From a virus (Duplodnaviria; Caudoviricetes), in IMG/VR virus record IMGVR_UViG_3300034161_000018, positions 32,001 to 96,000 of that record: 64,000 bases of DNA; one strand, written 5' to 3'. Every line of letters starts with the position of its first letter. Position 1 is the stretch's first letter. The notes under the pieces are model-generated. The model saw only the letters and a list, made by a program, of their open reading frames with translations. It did not search any database and was not told the DNA's origin. The position numbers and the translations under genes are program-made. Shown here piece by piece: positions 42,242 to 51,938 of this stretch.

Positions 42242-43840
42242 TTAAGCAGTGGCCGTCACGTATTCAACGGCGGTGGAAATTTGCCCGGTCTTCGCAACGG
42301 AAGTGGTAAACAGAATCCGCTTCCCGTACCGCGTCGGTTGGATGTAGTAAATCAATACCACGTCGCCGTTTGCGATTTGTTCTTTCGGGTTGGTTTCTTC
42401 GTCGCACTTCACTTTGTAGTTGTACAAACCGCGACCGGATTTGATCGGGCCGAGAATGTCTTCCACAATTTGCGCAAGCGTTTGCCACAGGAACGGATCG
42501 TTCGGCTCGAAAACCCCGACCATCGTTTCGTACTTGGCGCGTTTTTCAATCAGGTTAATCAGACGACGAACCGGAATGTCGGACAGTGCGGAACTGGCAG
42601 CTTGCAGAGTTTGCGCGCCCCAAACACAGAAACCGTATCCCGAAAGAACGTGAATGAAGTTAACTTGGTTTTGATCCATCATGTTCCGGTCGCCAAGTTT
42701 GTAACGTTGGGCAACATCGGAAACTTCGGAATCGAGAGCACCGCGATTCACACCGGCTGGCGCAAACCATTCGGCAGCGTTGGCGTCGTTGTATGCAAAC
42801 ACGGCAGCGACCACGCCAGAAGGCGGGCAATTAACGGACTGGCCGTCATCGGTCATTACCACAACGTCCGGCGTATACAGACCACCGAAAGAAGTATTTG
42901 CATTCAGCACGTTGCGACGGAAAGTCGAAGCGGCTTGCGAAGTTTGTTGATCGGACGGAACGTCGAGGATCGCGAAACAATCGCGGCGAGCAATTGCAAT
43001 TTCCAGCATGCGCTGTTGCACGCTCACGTCGGTGTAACCACAGTTAATCAAAATGGTTACTTCGACTTCTTCCGGTTCTTCAAACGCATCCCAACCTTCG
43101 ACAATATCGCCGACAGTCACAGGATCGCCGTCGTGGCCTTGAGCCAAGTCGCCGGAAATCACAGCGTTGATCGAACGGAAAGCACCTTCGGTTTCTTTCC
43201 ACTTCGGCGCGTCTTCATTCACCATTGCACGCAAGCGAGAATCCGCCGCTTCCAATTGGGTGATGATGTTTTTCTGTTTGCCGTAGCCGTCAGTTTTATC
43301 GCGCAGAGTGGCACGGTAAGTTTCTACCGGAACGCTCAGGTTGTCTTCGTAGATTTCCAGAATGAACAATTCATTTTCAATGTCGTTCACGTCTGGATAC
43401 ATCACGACACGAATGTTGTTGTTCCACGCGCCGGGGTCAGCCGCATAAAGGAACAAAACTTCTTCCGGCACTTGCGTGCGTTGCGTCGGGTCTTCGTAAC
43501 CTTGATCGGCTACTTTGATTTGAGCGTAACCGTCAATGAAACGAACGCTGATCGAACCGAACAAAGCGTTTACCGCTACCCGGTTGAACCACAGTTGATT
43601 CGAGTATTTCAGGAATTGCTCGGCGCAGAAGTGGGCAAAAGTCAAAGACGCATCGCGACGACCGAATTTCTTACGAAAATCGTTTACGTCAACGGCCAGC
43701 GTAGGAACGCCGACTTTACCGCGCTTCGATGGGCCAACAATCGCGCCAATGCTCGGGGCGGTTTTGCGAGCAGTTTGCGAATTATCTTGCTCGCCTCCGT
43801 AAACCCCAGCACTTGTGCTGCTACCGTTATACAAGGGCAT
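42242..43840 (-). CDS. tail sheath protein (T4 gp18-like)
   Basis: IVGPSKRG, RRDCFAILD, PPSGVVAA, WFAPAG.NRG, VWGAQTL, VRRL, FEPND: sheath motifs. Confidence 0.95.
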   Translation of the reverse strand: MPLYNGSSTSAGVYGGEQDNSQTARKTAPSIGAIVGPSKRGKVGVPTLAVDVNDFRKKFGRRDASLTFAHFCAEQFLKYSNQLWFNRVAVNALFGSISVRFIDGYAQIKVADQGYEDPTQRTQVPEEVLFLYAADPGAWNNNIRVVMYPDVNDIENELFILEIYEDNLSVPVETYRATLRDKTDGYGKQKNIITQLEAADSRLRAMVNEDAPKWKETEGAFRSINAVISGDLAQGHDGDPVTVGDIVEGWDAFEEPEEVEVTILINCGYTDVSVQQRMLEIAIARRDCFAILDVPSDQQTSQAASTFRRNVLNANTSFGGLYTPDVVVMTDDGQSVNCPPSGVVAAVFAYNDANAAEWFAPAGVNRGALDSEVSDVAQRYKLGDRNMMDQNQVNFIHVLSGYGFCVWGAQTLQAASSALSDIPVRRLINLIEKRAKYETMVGVFEPNDPFLWQTLAQIVEDILGPIKSGRGLYNYKVKCDEETNPKEQIANGDVVLIYYIQPTRYGKRILFTTSVAKTGQISTAVEYVTATA

Positions 43841-43896
43841 GTTGTGTCTCCAGTTAAAATCCCGAAAAACGATTGGGATTACCTTTAAATTATCCG

Positions 43897-45315
43897 TTAC
43901 GCCTTAATGAGCGTGCATCGCACCTCATTTTCGTCGAGTGCAAAAAGCTTCAACGTTCCAGCAAACGAACCATTCAGCAGAAACAGTCCGTTCACCGTCA
44001 ACGTCAACGGTTTGGAAATACTGTTATCGACTGGATCGGGCGTTTCTTCTACAACAGGATCAACGTGTTCGACGTGGCTAGCGATAACAGAATGCGCAGT
44101 CAAAACTACGGTTCCGCTAGTGCTGTAATCCGAATACGTTATTTCCAAAGTGTCACCGGGCAAACCGATTTCCGGCCCGACCGAAAGACTACCTCGAAAG
44201 ACGCTCATTCCCGGCCAGACTTCGTAAATCTCAACTGGCGTGGAAACATTGGTGCGTTGGTTCGTGACGAAAACTTCCACTTCCGTAGTAAACAAATCAA
44301 AATCGCTGACTTGAATTTCCAGATCGGAATAGATTTTCACGGTTGCTGCAACGTCGATCAAACCCGGAACAGTGTCAGGGTCTTTCACGGTTGCGATTTT
44401 GGAAACCAGACGCGACAGGCCAGTGCTGTCATTACCGTTTGCATAGGTAATTGTCAAAACGTCATTTGTGGTGACGCCCAGTTCATCGCCGGTATCCATA
44501 GTGCCCAGCGTAATCGAGCCAAACAAAACCGCAGGATCGGAAACAGCTTGTTCCAGAAATCCGTCAATCGCAGTGCCGGTGGATTCGTTCACGACTGTAA
44601 AAGTTTGAAACGGCGCGGTACTTCCGTTGTAAACGGCAATGCGCAATTTCTCACCGCTGATTACATAACGCTGAATCATCAGGTCGGTCGCTTTAACCGG
44701 ACTGACAACCGCAACGTCTTGCACAACATCTTGCGAAAGGCCGTGCTCGTTATGCGGATCGGTGAATGTGAAACGCAGAATGTCCGCGTCTTTGCAGTAC
44801 ATGGTGCCGTCGAAGTTTACGCCAGCATCTGCACTATTCAGGGATTGGATAAAACCGCGATACTCGTTTTTGCGAACGCAATGCAGCGTCACATATTCGG
44901 TTTCGCCGGAGTTGGTGTTGAAACATTCAACTGTGATTTTCTCGCCAAACAAATCGGCGTCGGTCACTGCAACGTTGATAAACTGCCCGGCGAGAACCGG
45001 TTCAATTGTCAGTGTCGCATTGGAGAATTGCTTTTGTTCTACACGATCTTCCAGCGGCGGGAGTTCACCAAACGCCGTCAGTTCCACACCGATTGGAAAT
45101 GGCGTGGAAATGGAAAGATATTGCCGCACGTCTTTCAACGTGTACGGATTATTCGGGCCAACGACAACATCGAGTTGTAGCAAAGTGGCACTCAGAATTT
45201 CCGTTGCAACATCTTGATGCCCTGCGCTCATACGGCGCACTTGATCGGTGACGGTTTGGCGAACTTGCGTGGTGATCGTTTTCGCGGTCGGTTTATACAG
45301 TTCGCGTTTACGCAT
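43897..45315 (-). CDS. virion structural protein (neck/collar region)
   Basis: 472 aa, repeated beta-rich units, between neck and sheath genes; function inferred from synteny. Confidence 0.55.
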   Translation of the reverse strand: MRKRELYKPTAKTITTQVRQTVTDQVRRMSAGHQDVATEILSATLLQLDVVVGPNNPYTLKDVRQYLSISTPFPIGVELTAFGELPPLEDRVEQKQFSNATLTIEPVLAGQFINVAVTDADLFGEKITVECFNTNSGETEYVTLHCVRKNEYRGFIQSLNSADAGVNFDGTMYCKDADILRFTFTDPHNEHGLSQDVVQDVAVVSPVKATDLMIQRYVISGEKLRIAVYNGSTAPFQTFTVVNESTGTAIDGFLEQAVSDPAVLFGSITLGTMDTGDELGVTTNDVLTITYANGNDSTGLSRLVSKIATVKDPDTVPGLIDVAATVKIYSDLEIQVSDFDLFTTEVEVFVTNQRTNVSTPVEIYEVWPGMSVFRGSLSVGPEIGLPGDTLEITYSDYSTSGTVVLTAHSVIASHVEHVDPVVEETPDPVDNSISKPLTLTVNGLFLLNGSFAGTLKLFALDENEVRCTLIKA

Positions 45316-46060
45316 TGTCTTCTAATCCTTCATCGTCAAAAACGACATTGCCCCCGTACTGGATTTTGCCACCGATAGTTGTAAGCATCGGGTCGCCGGT
45401 GGGCACGATACCAACTTGTGTTTGCACCGCTCCAGAGTTGTTGATTTTCGGAACTGCTTTCATGATGCCAGACCACAGCCGAACCGAAATGCTGCAAGTC
45501 ATATCAAACGAATCAGGATCAATCTCGTTGTCCTTGTCCGTTCGCGGGAAACTGATTGAGTTGGATTCGCCCTTCACGGTTACTTTCCAGCCGAAGTTTT
45601 CGTCTTCGACTTCAAAGTTTAGCGTGCCGGTGTTCAGCAACGTCAGACTTTTCAAACCGAATTGAACGGCTTGGAAAATGTCATTGGTGACGAAGTGAAG
45701 TTCCAGAGTCACAATCATCGGGAAGCCATAAAACTTCGCAACGGTCGAATTCGTTCCGTTGTCGCGATGGCCTTGCCCGTGACGCCGCATTGTTTTCGGC
45801 GCTTGTTCATCGACGATCATTTCAAAATTGTTCATCGACATATATGCGTATGGGTAGTGATTCCCACTGTTGTCATCCGGGCCGATGTTCTGGCGCAGGA
45901 CTGCTTTCACGTTGTTGCTTTGGATAATCGGCAACGGAATATCTTTGAAACCGAAAAACCTTTTGATTGCTGCATGTGCCCCGAGCAGCCCGGTAAAGAA
46001 CGGCGTGTTCTTATCAATGTTCTTGCTGAGCAAATCGAATTTTGAAAAGTCCATTGGCAA
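45308..46060 (-). CDS. putative tail terminator / neck protein (gp15-like)
   Basis: YPYAYM.......D, P..V.LEL.F..ND pattern; position before the sheath. Confidence 0.5.
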   Translation of the reverse strand: MPMDFSKFDLLSKNIDKNTPFFTGLLGAHAAIKRFFGFKDIPLPIIQSNNVKAVLRQNIGPDDNSGNHYPYAYMSMNNFEMIVDEQAPKTMRRHGQGHRDNGTNSTVAKFYGFPMIVTLELHFVTNDIFQAVQFGLKSLTLLNTGTLNFEVEDENFGWKVTVKGESNSISFPRTDKDNEIDPDSFDMTCSISVRLWSGIMKAVPKINNSGAVQTQVGIVPTGDPMLTTIGGKIQYGGNVVFDDEGLEDNA

Positions 46061-46072
46061 CGTCCAGAAATG

Positions 46073-46110
46073 AAAAAAGGCCGTAACAGGAAATCCCGAA
46101 ACGGCCTTTT
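46073..46110. terminator. terminator (possibly bidirectional)
   Basis: AAAAAAGGCCGT...ACGGCCTTTT. Confidence 0.85.
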
Positions 46111-46111
46111 C

Positions 46112-46546
46112 TTACAGTTGGATTGTGATGCGGCCAAATTTGGCCGGTGCTTCCGGCTCGCTATTGCTAGCGACGGAAACCAATTCATCATCATCGTGGG
46201 CGTCCGATCCGTCGGCATAGGCCAATGCCTCGGCAGACGGATTGAACTCTAGGAAATCGCCGTCATCCAATCGCGAATTATGCGTGTGAATGCTCGCCGC
46301 AATGGCTACAGCTTTTTCCAGCGAAATGTTTGGCCCCGCACCGTGAAGCGATGGTGCAATGGTATTTTCGCCAACAGGTGCGCCACCGACTTTAACGCTG
46401 CCCATTGGGCGGCGAACAAGTTCGGAGACGTAACTTTCAAACCCTTCCAGCGTGGTCGCTTGCGCGATTACACTATTTGCCAGATCGGTTTGCCCATTCC
46501 GGTGATGAAATGCAGCAATTGCCAACATTGTTTGAATGTCGCTCAT
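46112..46546 (-). CDS. hypothetical virion-associated protein
   Basis: 144 aa, AAGGAG RBS, directly after the MCP. Confidence 0.7.
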   Translation of the reverse strand: MSDIQTMLAIAAFHHRNGQTDLANSVIAQATTLEGFESYVSELVRRPMGSVKVGGAPVGENTIAPSLHGAGPNISLEKAVAIAASIHTHNSRLDDGDFLEFNPSAEALAYADGSDAHDDDELVSVASNSEPEAPAKFGRITIQL

Positions 46547-46565
46547 ATCAATCTCCTTTTAAAAC

Positions 46566-46593
46566 TGCAAAGCGGGGGCGCTCCCACTTTGCA
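46566..46593 (-). terminator. stem-loop after the major capsid gene
   Basis: TGCAAAG...CTTTGCA followed by GTTTT on minus. Confidence 0.65.
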
Positions 46594-46612
46594 ATTTCTT
46601 ATTCAGAGCTGA

Positions 46613-47704
46613 TTAAGCAACACGCTTGCCTTTAGCAACCGAACGGCTGTTAGCCAGAACGAACGAGAACGGCTCGCTCATCAACCAACCGCGCGAAGTC
46701 GAACCTTCAAAGCTGTTCGATGCTGGCTCGCTGCGAACACCGCCGCGAGTCGAGTAGGCCGCGTGGTTTTCGGCGGAAGCAACAACGTAGATTTCGCCCG
46801 GAGCCAAAACTTTCTGGTTCGGTTGACGGAATGCGTCGGTAATCAGAGTCATGCCGACCAGAGTACCGAGTTGGCCGTTCAGTGCCAGATCGTATTTGGT
46901 GATCGGATCGAGGAACGTTGCGAAATCGTTGGAACCGATAATGTCAGTCCAGAAATCGTTCGCGATCAGACAGTGAGCAACTGGCAAGTTCCAGCCAGCA
47001 ACAGCTTGGCGCAGACGACCGAGGTTTTTGGTGGTCAGTTCACCGGCGATGTATTCCATCGGGTTCATGACGCCAACGGTCAGGTCAGCAGCGGTTTTCC
47101 ACAGGCGGTCTTCTGCAACCATGATGGATTGCAAACCGTCGTTGTAGGCGTGTTCCAGCAGGTCGCCGTTTACTTGTTCCAGATCGAGAGTGTTTACGCG
47201 AACGTTCGCGATGATCTCGAATTCTTCCGGAGTGAAAACGCGTTGGCGAATTTGTTGGTAGCCAACACCGGTCGAAGAAGTTGCAACAACGGCGCTGGTG
47301 TCGTGAGCAGGCATCGGAACGCGTTGCACTTCACCTTGACGCAGAGTGTTACCAACAGCCAGTTTCCGCACGAAACCTTCGCGATCAGTTTGATCGTAGA
47401 TTTGTTGTGCGATGGAAGCGCCCAGCGCGTTCCATTTTTCTGGCGACTGGCGAGCTTCGGCCAGCATTTCACGGCGATCAGCCGCAGTTGCGATTTGTTG
47501 TTCAGGTTGTGCGTGAACGATTTGGCCGCTGGCAACCGCTTGCATCAGACCCGTCAGGTTGTGCATCAGGTCTTGTTTGCTGTAGGCGTTGATTTCGCCG
47601 GTCGAAGAACTCAGAGCCAGTTCACGGCTTTTGCCGAAACGCAGTTCTTCGATTGGGTTGCCGTTTGCCAGAATCATCTTGGCACCACGAAGTTGACCGT
47701 GCAT
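46613..47704 (-). CDS. major capsid protein (HK97 fold)
   Basis: Start MHGQLRG with GGAG RBS; size ~363 aa; position after protease and scaffold; GEIYVVA, G.L..L.G..LITD, W..SEPFSF..ANSRSVA C-terminus. Confidence 0.85.
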   Translation of the reverse strand: MHGQLRGAKMILANGNPIEELRFGKSRELALSSSTGEINAYSKQDLMHNLTGLMQAVASGQIVHAQPEQQIATAADRREMLAEARQSPEKWNALGASIAQQIYDQTDREGFVRKLAVGNTLRQGEVQRVPMPAHDTSAVVATSSTGVGYQQIRQRVFTPEEFEIIANVRVNTLDLEQVNGDLLEHAYNDGLQSIMVAEDRLWKTAADLTVGVMNPMEYIAGELTTKNLGRLRQAVAGWNLPVAHCLIANDFWTDIIGSNDFATFLDPITKYDLALNGQLGTLVGMTLITDAFRQPNQKVLAPGEIYVVASAENHAAYSTRGGVRSEPASNSFEGSTSRGWLMSEPFSFVLANSRSVAKGKRVA

Positions 47705-47734
47705 ATTTATTTCTCCAGAAAATGCCAAAAAGAT

Positions 47735-48430
47735 TTAGGCAGAAACGCGAACTTGCAGAGCACCGAAAGAACCGGCGTCAGTGGATGGGGTTGCCAGAAC
47801 AGTTACGTTCGACAGTTTCGGGCCAGAACCGCCAACAGTCAGGCGACCATCAACACCGAGGTTTGGATTGATAACGCCAGTCCAGTCAGCGGAGGCGTCA
47901 TACATGGTAGTGCCGACTTGGCCGTGCAGCGCCACGCCGATAATGCCTTGGTAGCTGGAAGCCAAACCGCCAATCGGCATGTCGCCGAGAATGGTGCGGG
48001 CTTCGGCCAGCGACGGCTCGTAAATGAATTGCACGTACAGAGCTTTTTTGGTCGCGCTGGCGAAGAACACCAGATCATTACCGGCCAGTTGAACTTCGGT
48101 TGCGTCGGCAGGAACGCCAGCAACAACTTCCAGTTTCACGCCGCCGACTTTTACCAGAATCTGGCCGGTCAGTGGAGTGCGTGGCAGTTCGACAACCAGA
48201 CTTTCCGGAACGCTGGAATTGAAAGCGTGCGGAATGTACGAAGGTGGGCTGTTGCGCGACATGCTGAAACCAGCAAACTGTTCGCCAGCGGCGCCGGTCG
48301 AAGGACGAACAACGGTGGTGCCGTTTTCAGAAACGAAAACCAGCGCGGTGCCTTCTTCTTCGATGATTACGCCAGATTGAACTGGCAGGTGTTCGGTGCG
48401 GAACAGGCGAGTAAGTTTTTGAACGTTCAT
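47735..48430 (-). CDS. capsid decoration/cement-like structural protein
   Basis: 231 aa immediately upstream of the MCP; EEG.ALV, FAGFS beta-tulip-like pattern; inferred. Confidence 0.6.
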   Translation of the reverse strand: MNVQKLTRLFRTEHLPVQSGVIIEEEGTALVFVSENGTTVVRPSTGAAGEQFAGFSMSRNSPPSYIPHAFNSSVPESLVVELPRTPLTGQILVKVGGVKLEVVAGVPADATEVQLAGNDLVFFASATKKALYVQFIYEPSLAEARTILGDMPIGGLASSYQGIIGVALHGQVGTTMYDASADWTGVINPNLGVDGRLTVGGSGPKLSNVTVLATPSTDAGSFGALQVRVSA

Positions 48431-48445
48431 TTTTCTCTCCGAGAA

Positions 48446-50329
48446 TTAACGAGCTTTACGACCGAAAGACAAACCTTGCAGGCGCTTGGCGAAGTCATCG
48501 GTGGATGCGGATGCGATGGAAGTTTCGCGGTGTTGTACAGGCTGTTGCACTTGACGATCAACAACCGGGCGACCAACCGGGAACGTGCTGGCGACGGAAA
48601 CTTCGCCTTGCGTTTGTGGATTCTGATGGTCAGCAACGGCTTGCGCCATTTGGTTCTGAACCGTCAGATCGTATTGCATGATTTGGCTTGCTTTCGCAAC
48701 CAGCGCTTTGTGGTAGCCGTCGCCGTGACGGGCAAAACATTGCGCAACCAAATCGGCGCCACCGGAAATACCAGCATCTTCAAGGGCAGTCGCCAGCGCA
48801 ACGCTGATCGGGTTTTGTGCTTCGCCTTTGTAGAAACCGGAATTGATACCTTGGCTCGCAGTAGCGATTGCAGCGAGGAAGCGCGAATTGAATTCGGCAG
48901 CGTCGTTTGCAGAAGCTTGAGCGATTTGTGCAACACGCGATTCGACTTGCGAAGTAACTTCCGCTTGTACGAATTGTTCAACCTTGATTTCCGGTTTGAT
49001 TTCCGTGAAACCAAGTTCGGTCATTGCAACAGCAACACCTTGTTCGGCAGCGATTGCCTTGAAGGTACGACCGAAAACGTCGGAAGCGAAGTTTTCAACT
49101 TTCGACGCCGAGGCAACAGCTTGCGCGAACGGAACGCCGTTGTGGAAAGCGTACCAGCGACCGTCACCGGCAATGTTGCCAGCGTAAGCCACGTCAACAT
49201 TTTCGATTTGCATTTCGTTGGCGGAAAGCGCGACGAAAGATGCAGCAACCGAAACCAGCGGTTCGGCAGCAACTACAGGAGCAGCGGCACTTTGCGGCTG
49301 ATCTTGAGTTTGCGATTGCGGTTCAGCAGAAGCTTGCGCTTTTACTTTTTTGCGCACGCCGCCAGCAGGCTTGGCCGAAGAAACGGAAAGAGTAATGGCT
49401 TCGTCGTCATCTTCGTCGAAATCATCATCTTCTTCATCGTCGTCGTCTTCATCGACTTCGGCGTCTTCGTCTTCTTCATCTTCGTCTTCGTCGTCGTTCA
49501 GATCGTCGAAGTCTTCGTCTTCTTCGTCTTCTTCGTCGTCATCGGACGCGGTTGCAATGTCAGCAGGGTCAATCAGACCGGCGCTGCAACCGGGGCAGAA
49601 CAGTGGCGATTCGTTGGAAGCGACGACATGAGTGCCGCAACTTTTGGAAACGCACATGAAATGATGCGCAGGAACATTTTCGCCAGCTTCTTCGGCAGCC
49701 GATGCAATCGCGGCCATGCTGGTTGGAACGTGTTCGGTAGCGACGGATTCAACACCTTGAAAGATGTGAAATGGCATTGCGCTGGCGCAAGCAACAACCA
49801 CGTCGTCGCATTGGTATGCGTGCGGTTGAATTTCGCCTTTTACCAGAGCGACGTATTGTTTGCTGGCTTCTTCAAAAGAACTCGCAAACGCAATCAGCGC
49901 TTCTTCTGGTTGACCAGCCGTTCCAGCAGTTTGATTTGGTTTCACGTTCGGATTTTCCAAGTCTGGCAGGTCAGAGGCACACGCCGGACATTTGTGCAAA
50001 AGCGCAGCATCGTCGGCAATGATATGCGAGTTACAACCAGCAGTGCATTGAACGTAGTGGGCTTCGACTTCGGTTCCGGAAGCGGACGCAAGACTTTCAA
50101 TTACACCATCGGCGGCTGTAACTGGAACAAGTTCTTCGCCATTCAGTGGATCGAGAATCTGAATACCGGTTGTGTCTGCGCTTGCGGTTGCGATTTGCAT
50201 CTCACCGTTTGCGCTGGCATATACCGAAACATCAGTGCCCGAAGCGACTGCCGCGAAAAAGCCTTTTGCCTGCTCCAGAGAGTCGCCCACCACAACGATT
50301 CCGCGCAGTTGCGCTTTATCTTTGGACAT
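48446..50329 (-). CDS. scaffold-like prohead protein with Zn-ribbon repeats and an acidic linker
   Basis: Start MSKDKAQ with TAGGAG RBS; C-x3-C...CPAC and C-x4-C...CPGC; poly-D/E tract; helical C-terminus. Confidence 0.65.
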   Translation of the reverse strand: MSKDKAQLRGIVVVGDSLEQAKGFFAAVASGTDVSVYASANGEMQIATASADTTGIQILDPLNGEELVPVTAADGVIESLASASGTEVEAHYVQCTAGCNSHIIADDAALLHKCPACASDLPDLENPNVKPNQTAGTAGQPEEALIAFASSFEEASKQYVALVKGEIQPHAYQCDDVVVACASAMPFHIFQGVESVATEHVPTSMAAIASAAEEAGENVPAHHFMCVSKSCGTHVVASNESPLFCPGCSAGLIDPADIATASDDDEEDEEDEDFDDLNDDEDEDEEDEDAEVDEDDDDEEDDDFDEDDDEAITLSVSSAKPAGGVRKKVKAQASAEPQSQTQDQPQSAAAPVVAAEPLVSVAASFVALSANEMQIENVDVAYAGNIAGDGRWYAFHNGVPFAQAVASASKVENFASDVFGRTFKAIAAEQGVAVAMTELGFTEIKPEIKVEQFVQAEVTSQVESRVAQIAQASANDAAEFNSRFLAAIATASQGINSGFYKGEAQNPISVALATALEDAGISGGADLVAQCFARHGDGYHKALVAKASQIMQYDLTVQNQMAQAVADHQNPQTQGEVSVASTFPVGRPVVDRQVQQPVQHRETSIASASTDDFAKRLQGLSFGRKAR

Positions 50330-50396
50330 AGTGGCTCCTAAACTGGATTGGTTTAGATTGTAGGAAATCGCTTTCCTGTTTAAAAAATTAGTGACT

Positions 50397-50792
50397 TCAA
50401 TTTTCAAGCATGATTCTAATCAAGCCACTGACTTTCCGTACAAGGGCTTGCTTGCTATCGTGCGAGCCAGTTCCCTCGAATTTTCGTTCCGAACCTTTTG
50501 AATTCAGCGTTGCGTTATACGCCCAGCCTTCTTCTCCCATAGCCAATTCCATTACTGCGTTGGCATTGTCTGTGGTTAGTTCGATACGGCAATTTTCGCT
50601 TTCGTTATCACCCACGGAATCATAGTCAACTTTCATGCTGACCAAACCCTGTCTGATTTGTGGGATTCGCTCCAAATAATGATCGAGGTGTTTTTCGTCA
50701 CTGTTTTGCGGAGCGTGAAAGTCATGAAGTGGTGCAGCGCCGGATAACGCTTTCAATGGAATGGTTACTTTCATTGTATCCTCCAGTTCCAT
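50397..50792 (-). CDS. hypothetical protein
   Basis: 131-aa ORF; alternative start at 50774 with GGAGG RBS. Confidence 0.7.
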   Translation of the reverse strand: MELEDTMKVTIPLKALSGAAPLHDFHAPQNSDEKHLDHYLERIPQIRQGLVSMKVDYDSVGDNESENCRIELTTDNANAVMELAMGEEGWAYNATLNSKGSERKFEGTGSHDSKQALVRKVSGLIRIMLEN

Positions 50793-50829
50793 ATTCTAAA
50801 AATTAGTACGAACAAAAATTTCAGACAAC

Positions 50830-50871
50830 AAAAAACCCGCACAAAGCACTAGGCTAAGGCGGGTTCTTTTT
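50830..50871. terminator. terminator
   Basis: AAAAAACCCGC...GCGGGTTCTTTTT. Confidence 0.8.
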
Positions 50872-51343
50872 ACGCTTTCAGGAGTTTTGGCAATTCTTCC
50901 ATTGTTGGCATATATTCACCTTGCGCCAAACAATGGGAAACGCAACCTTTTTGGGATGCGCAACCGTTTACGAAATCTACCCATTTGTTGTCCATTAAAT
51001 CAATGAACTGTTGTGGGCTGCCGCGCTCTTTATAGCGTTGCAGATATTCAGCTTTGCAATTCAGCGCTGGATAAACGATACCGAACGGAATGTCGTTATC
51101 AACCAACGCTTGGCGCACAACATCGTGAGTTGACGCGAGAATGGTGTAACCTTCCGCAATCTTTTCTTTGATGTGCGCAATGTAGTTTTGCGGAAACTCT
51201 GCTTTATCGAATGTGCTGCTATCCGAATCCAGAATCTTCTGGTCGCCGCGATCACGGAAAAGAGTGGATTTTCCAACACCGGGGAAACCGCAGATTACTT
51301 GAGGCATGTTGTTATCCTTTGCTAAGCTGAGCAATACTTTCAT
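50870..51343 (-). CDS. small P-loop NTPase/kinase
   Basis: Walker A GFPGVGKST, then DSDSS; nucleotide-kinase-like size. Confidence 0.8.
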   Translation of the reverse strand: MKVLLSLAKDNNMPQVICGFPGVGKSTLFRDRGDQKILDSDSSTFDKAEFPQNYIAHIKEKIAEGYTILASTHDVVRQALVDNDIPFGIVYPALNCKAEYLQRYKERGSPQQFIDLMDNKWVDFVNGCASQKGCVSHCLAQGEYMPTMEELPKLLKA

Positions 51344-51762
51344 TGAGGTTGAACCTTCGGTTGATTGGAACGCCAATTGATTGCATCGGAAAAACTCACT
51401 TGAGTAACCGGGCAATTAATTGATTCGGCATACGCACCAATATAGGTACGCGATAAACGTTCGACCAAAGCGTCGTGTCCGAAACGTTTTTCGTATTCGT
51501 CGCAGTTGTCTTTAAACGTCTTGTTTGCTTTTTCGCGTTCTTCTCGGTTTCCATGCGCTTGCTGAAATTGCAAGATTCCACGAACACCACGCGTAGGCAT
51601 TGGGTCGTAAATGTCCCGCATCAGACAATCGGCCATGTGAGTGCCGAGTGCAGCGGCGGAAATTTCGGGAGGCTCAGTTGGAGTTGCGATTGCACTCTCC
51701 ATCAATGCCGCAATACCTTTTACCAAATCCTGCTTTTCCATGGGAATATTTTCACTTTCCAC
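51340..51762 (-). CDS. hypothetical protein
   Basis: 140-aa ORF (GTG start), ATGA overlap. Confidence 0.7.
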   Translation of the reverse strand: MESENIPMEKQDLVKGIAALMESAIATPTEPPEISAAALGTHMADCLMRDIYDPMPTRGVRGILQFQQAHGNREEREKANKTFKDNCDEYEKRFGHDALVERLSRTYIGAYAESINCPVTQVSFSDAINWRSNQPKVQPQ

Positions 51763-51783
51763 GTTATTGCGTTTGAGGGAAGA

Positions 51784-51933
51784 CTATTCTTCGCAGCCGA
51801 TGCCTTCACCGACGCCGCTTTCTTCGCGTGGAACAACGTAAGCCATGAGGCCCGGTTGTTTGTAAGTGCCGTTAAACACTGCGCGAATCTCTGCGCGTCT
51901 ACGCATTTTTGCGCGCCACAATACTTCTGCCAT
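51784..51933 (-). CDS. small hypothetical protein (49 aa, MAEVLWRAKMRRRAEI...), missed by the ORF track
   Basis: Translated by hand; GGAG RBS; fills the gap. Confidence 0.6.
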   Translation of the reverse strand: MAEVLWRAKMRRRAEIRAVFNGTYKQPGLMAYVVPREESGVGEGIGCEE

Positions 51934-51938
51934 TTCGT

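Noticed and set aside
42137-45180. Long plus-strand ORFs (583 and 435 aa) and similar ones elsewhere (22972-24297, 33572-34855, 58072-59385, 10022-11017)
   Set aside because: Each lies opposite a well-supported minus-strand gene; strong codon bias removes antisense stops.
46763-50341. 1192-aa plus-strand ORF
   Set aside because: Antisense shadow of the MCP, decoration and scaffold genes; the translation is FF/VV-rich nonsense with no motifs.
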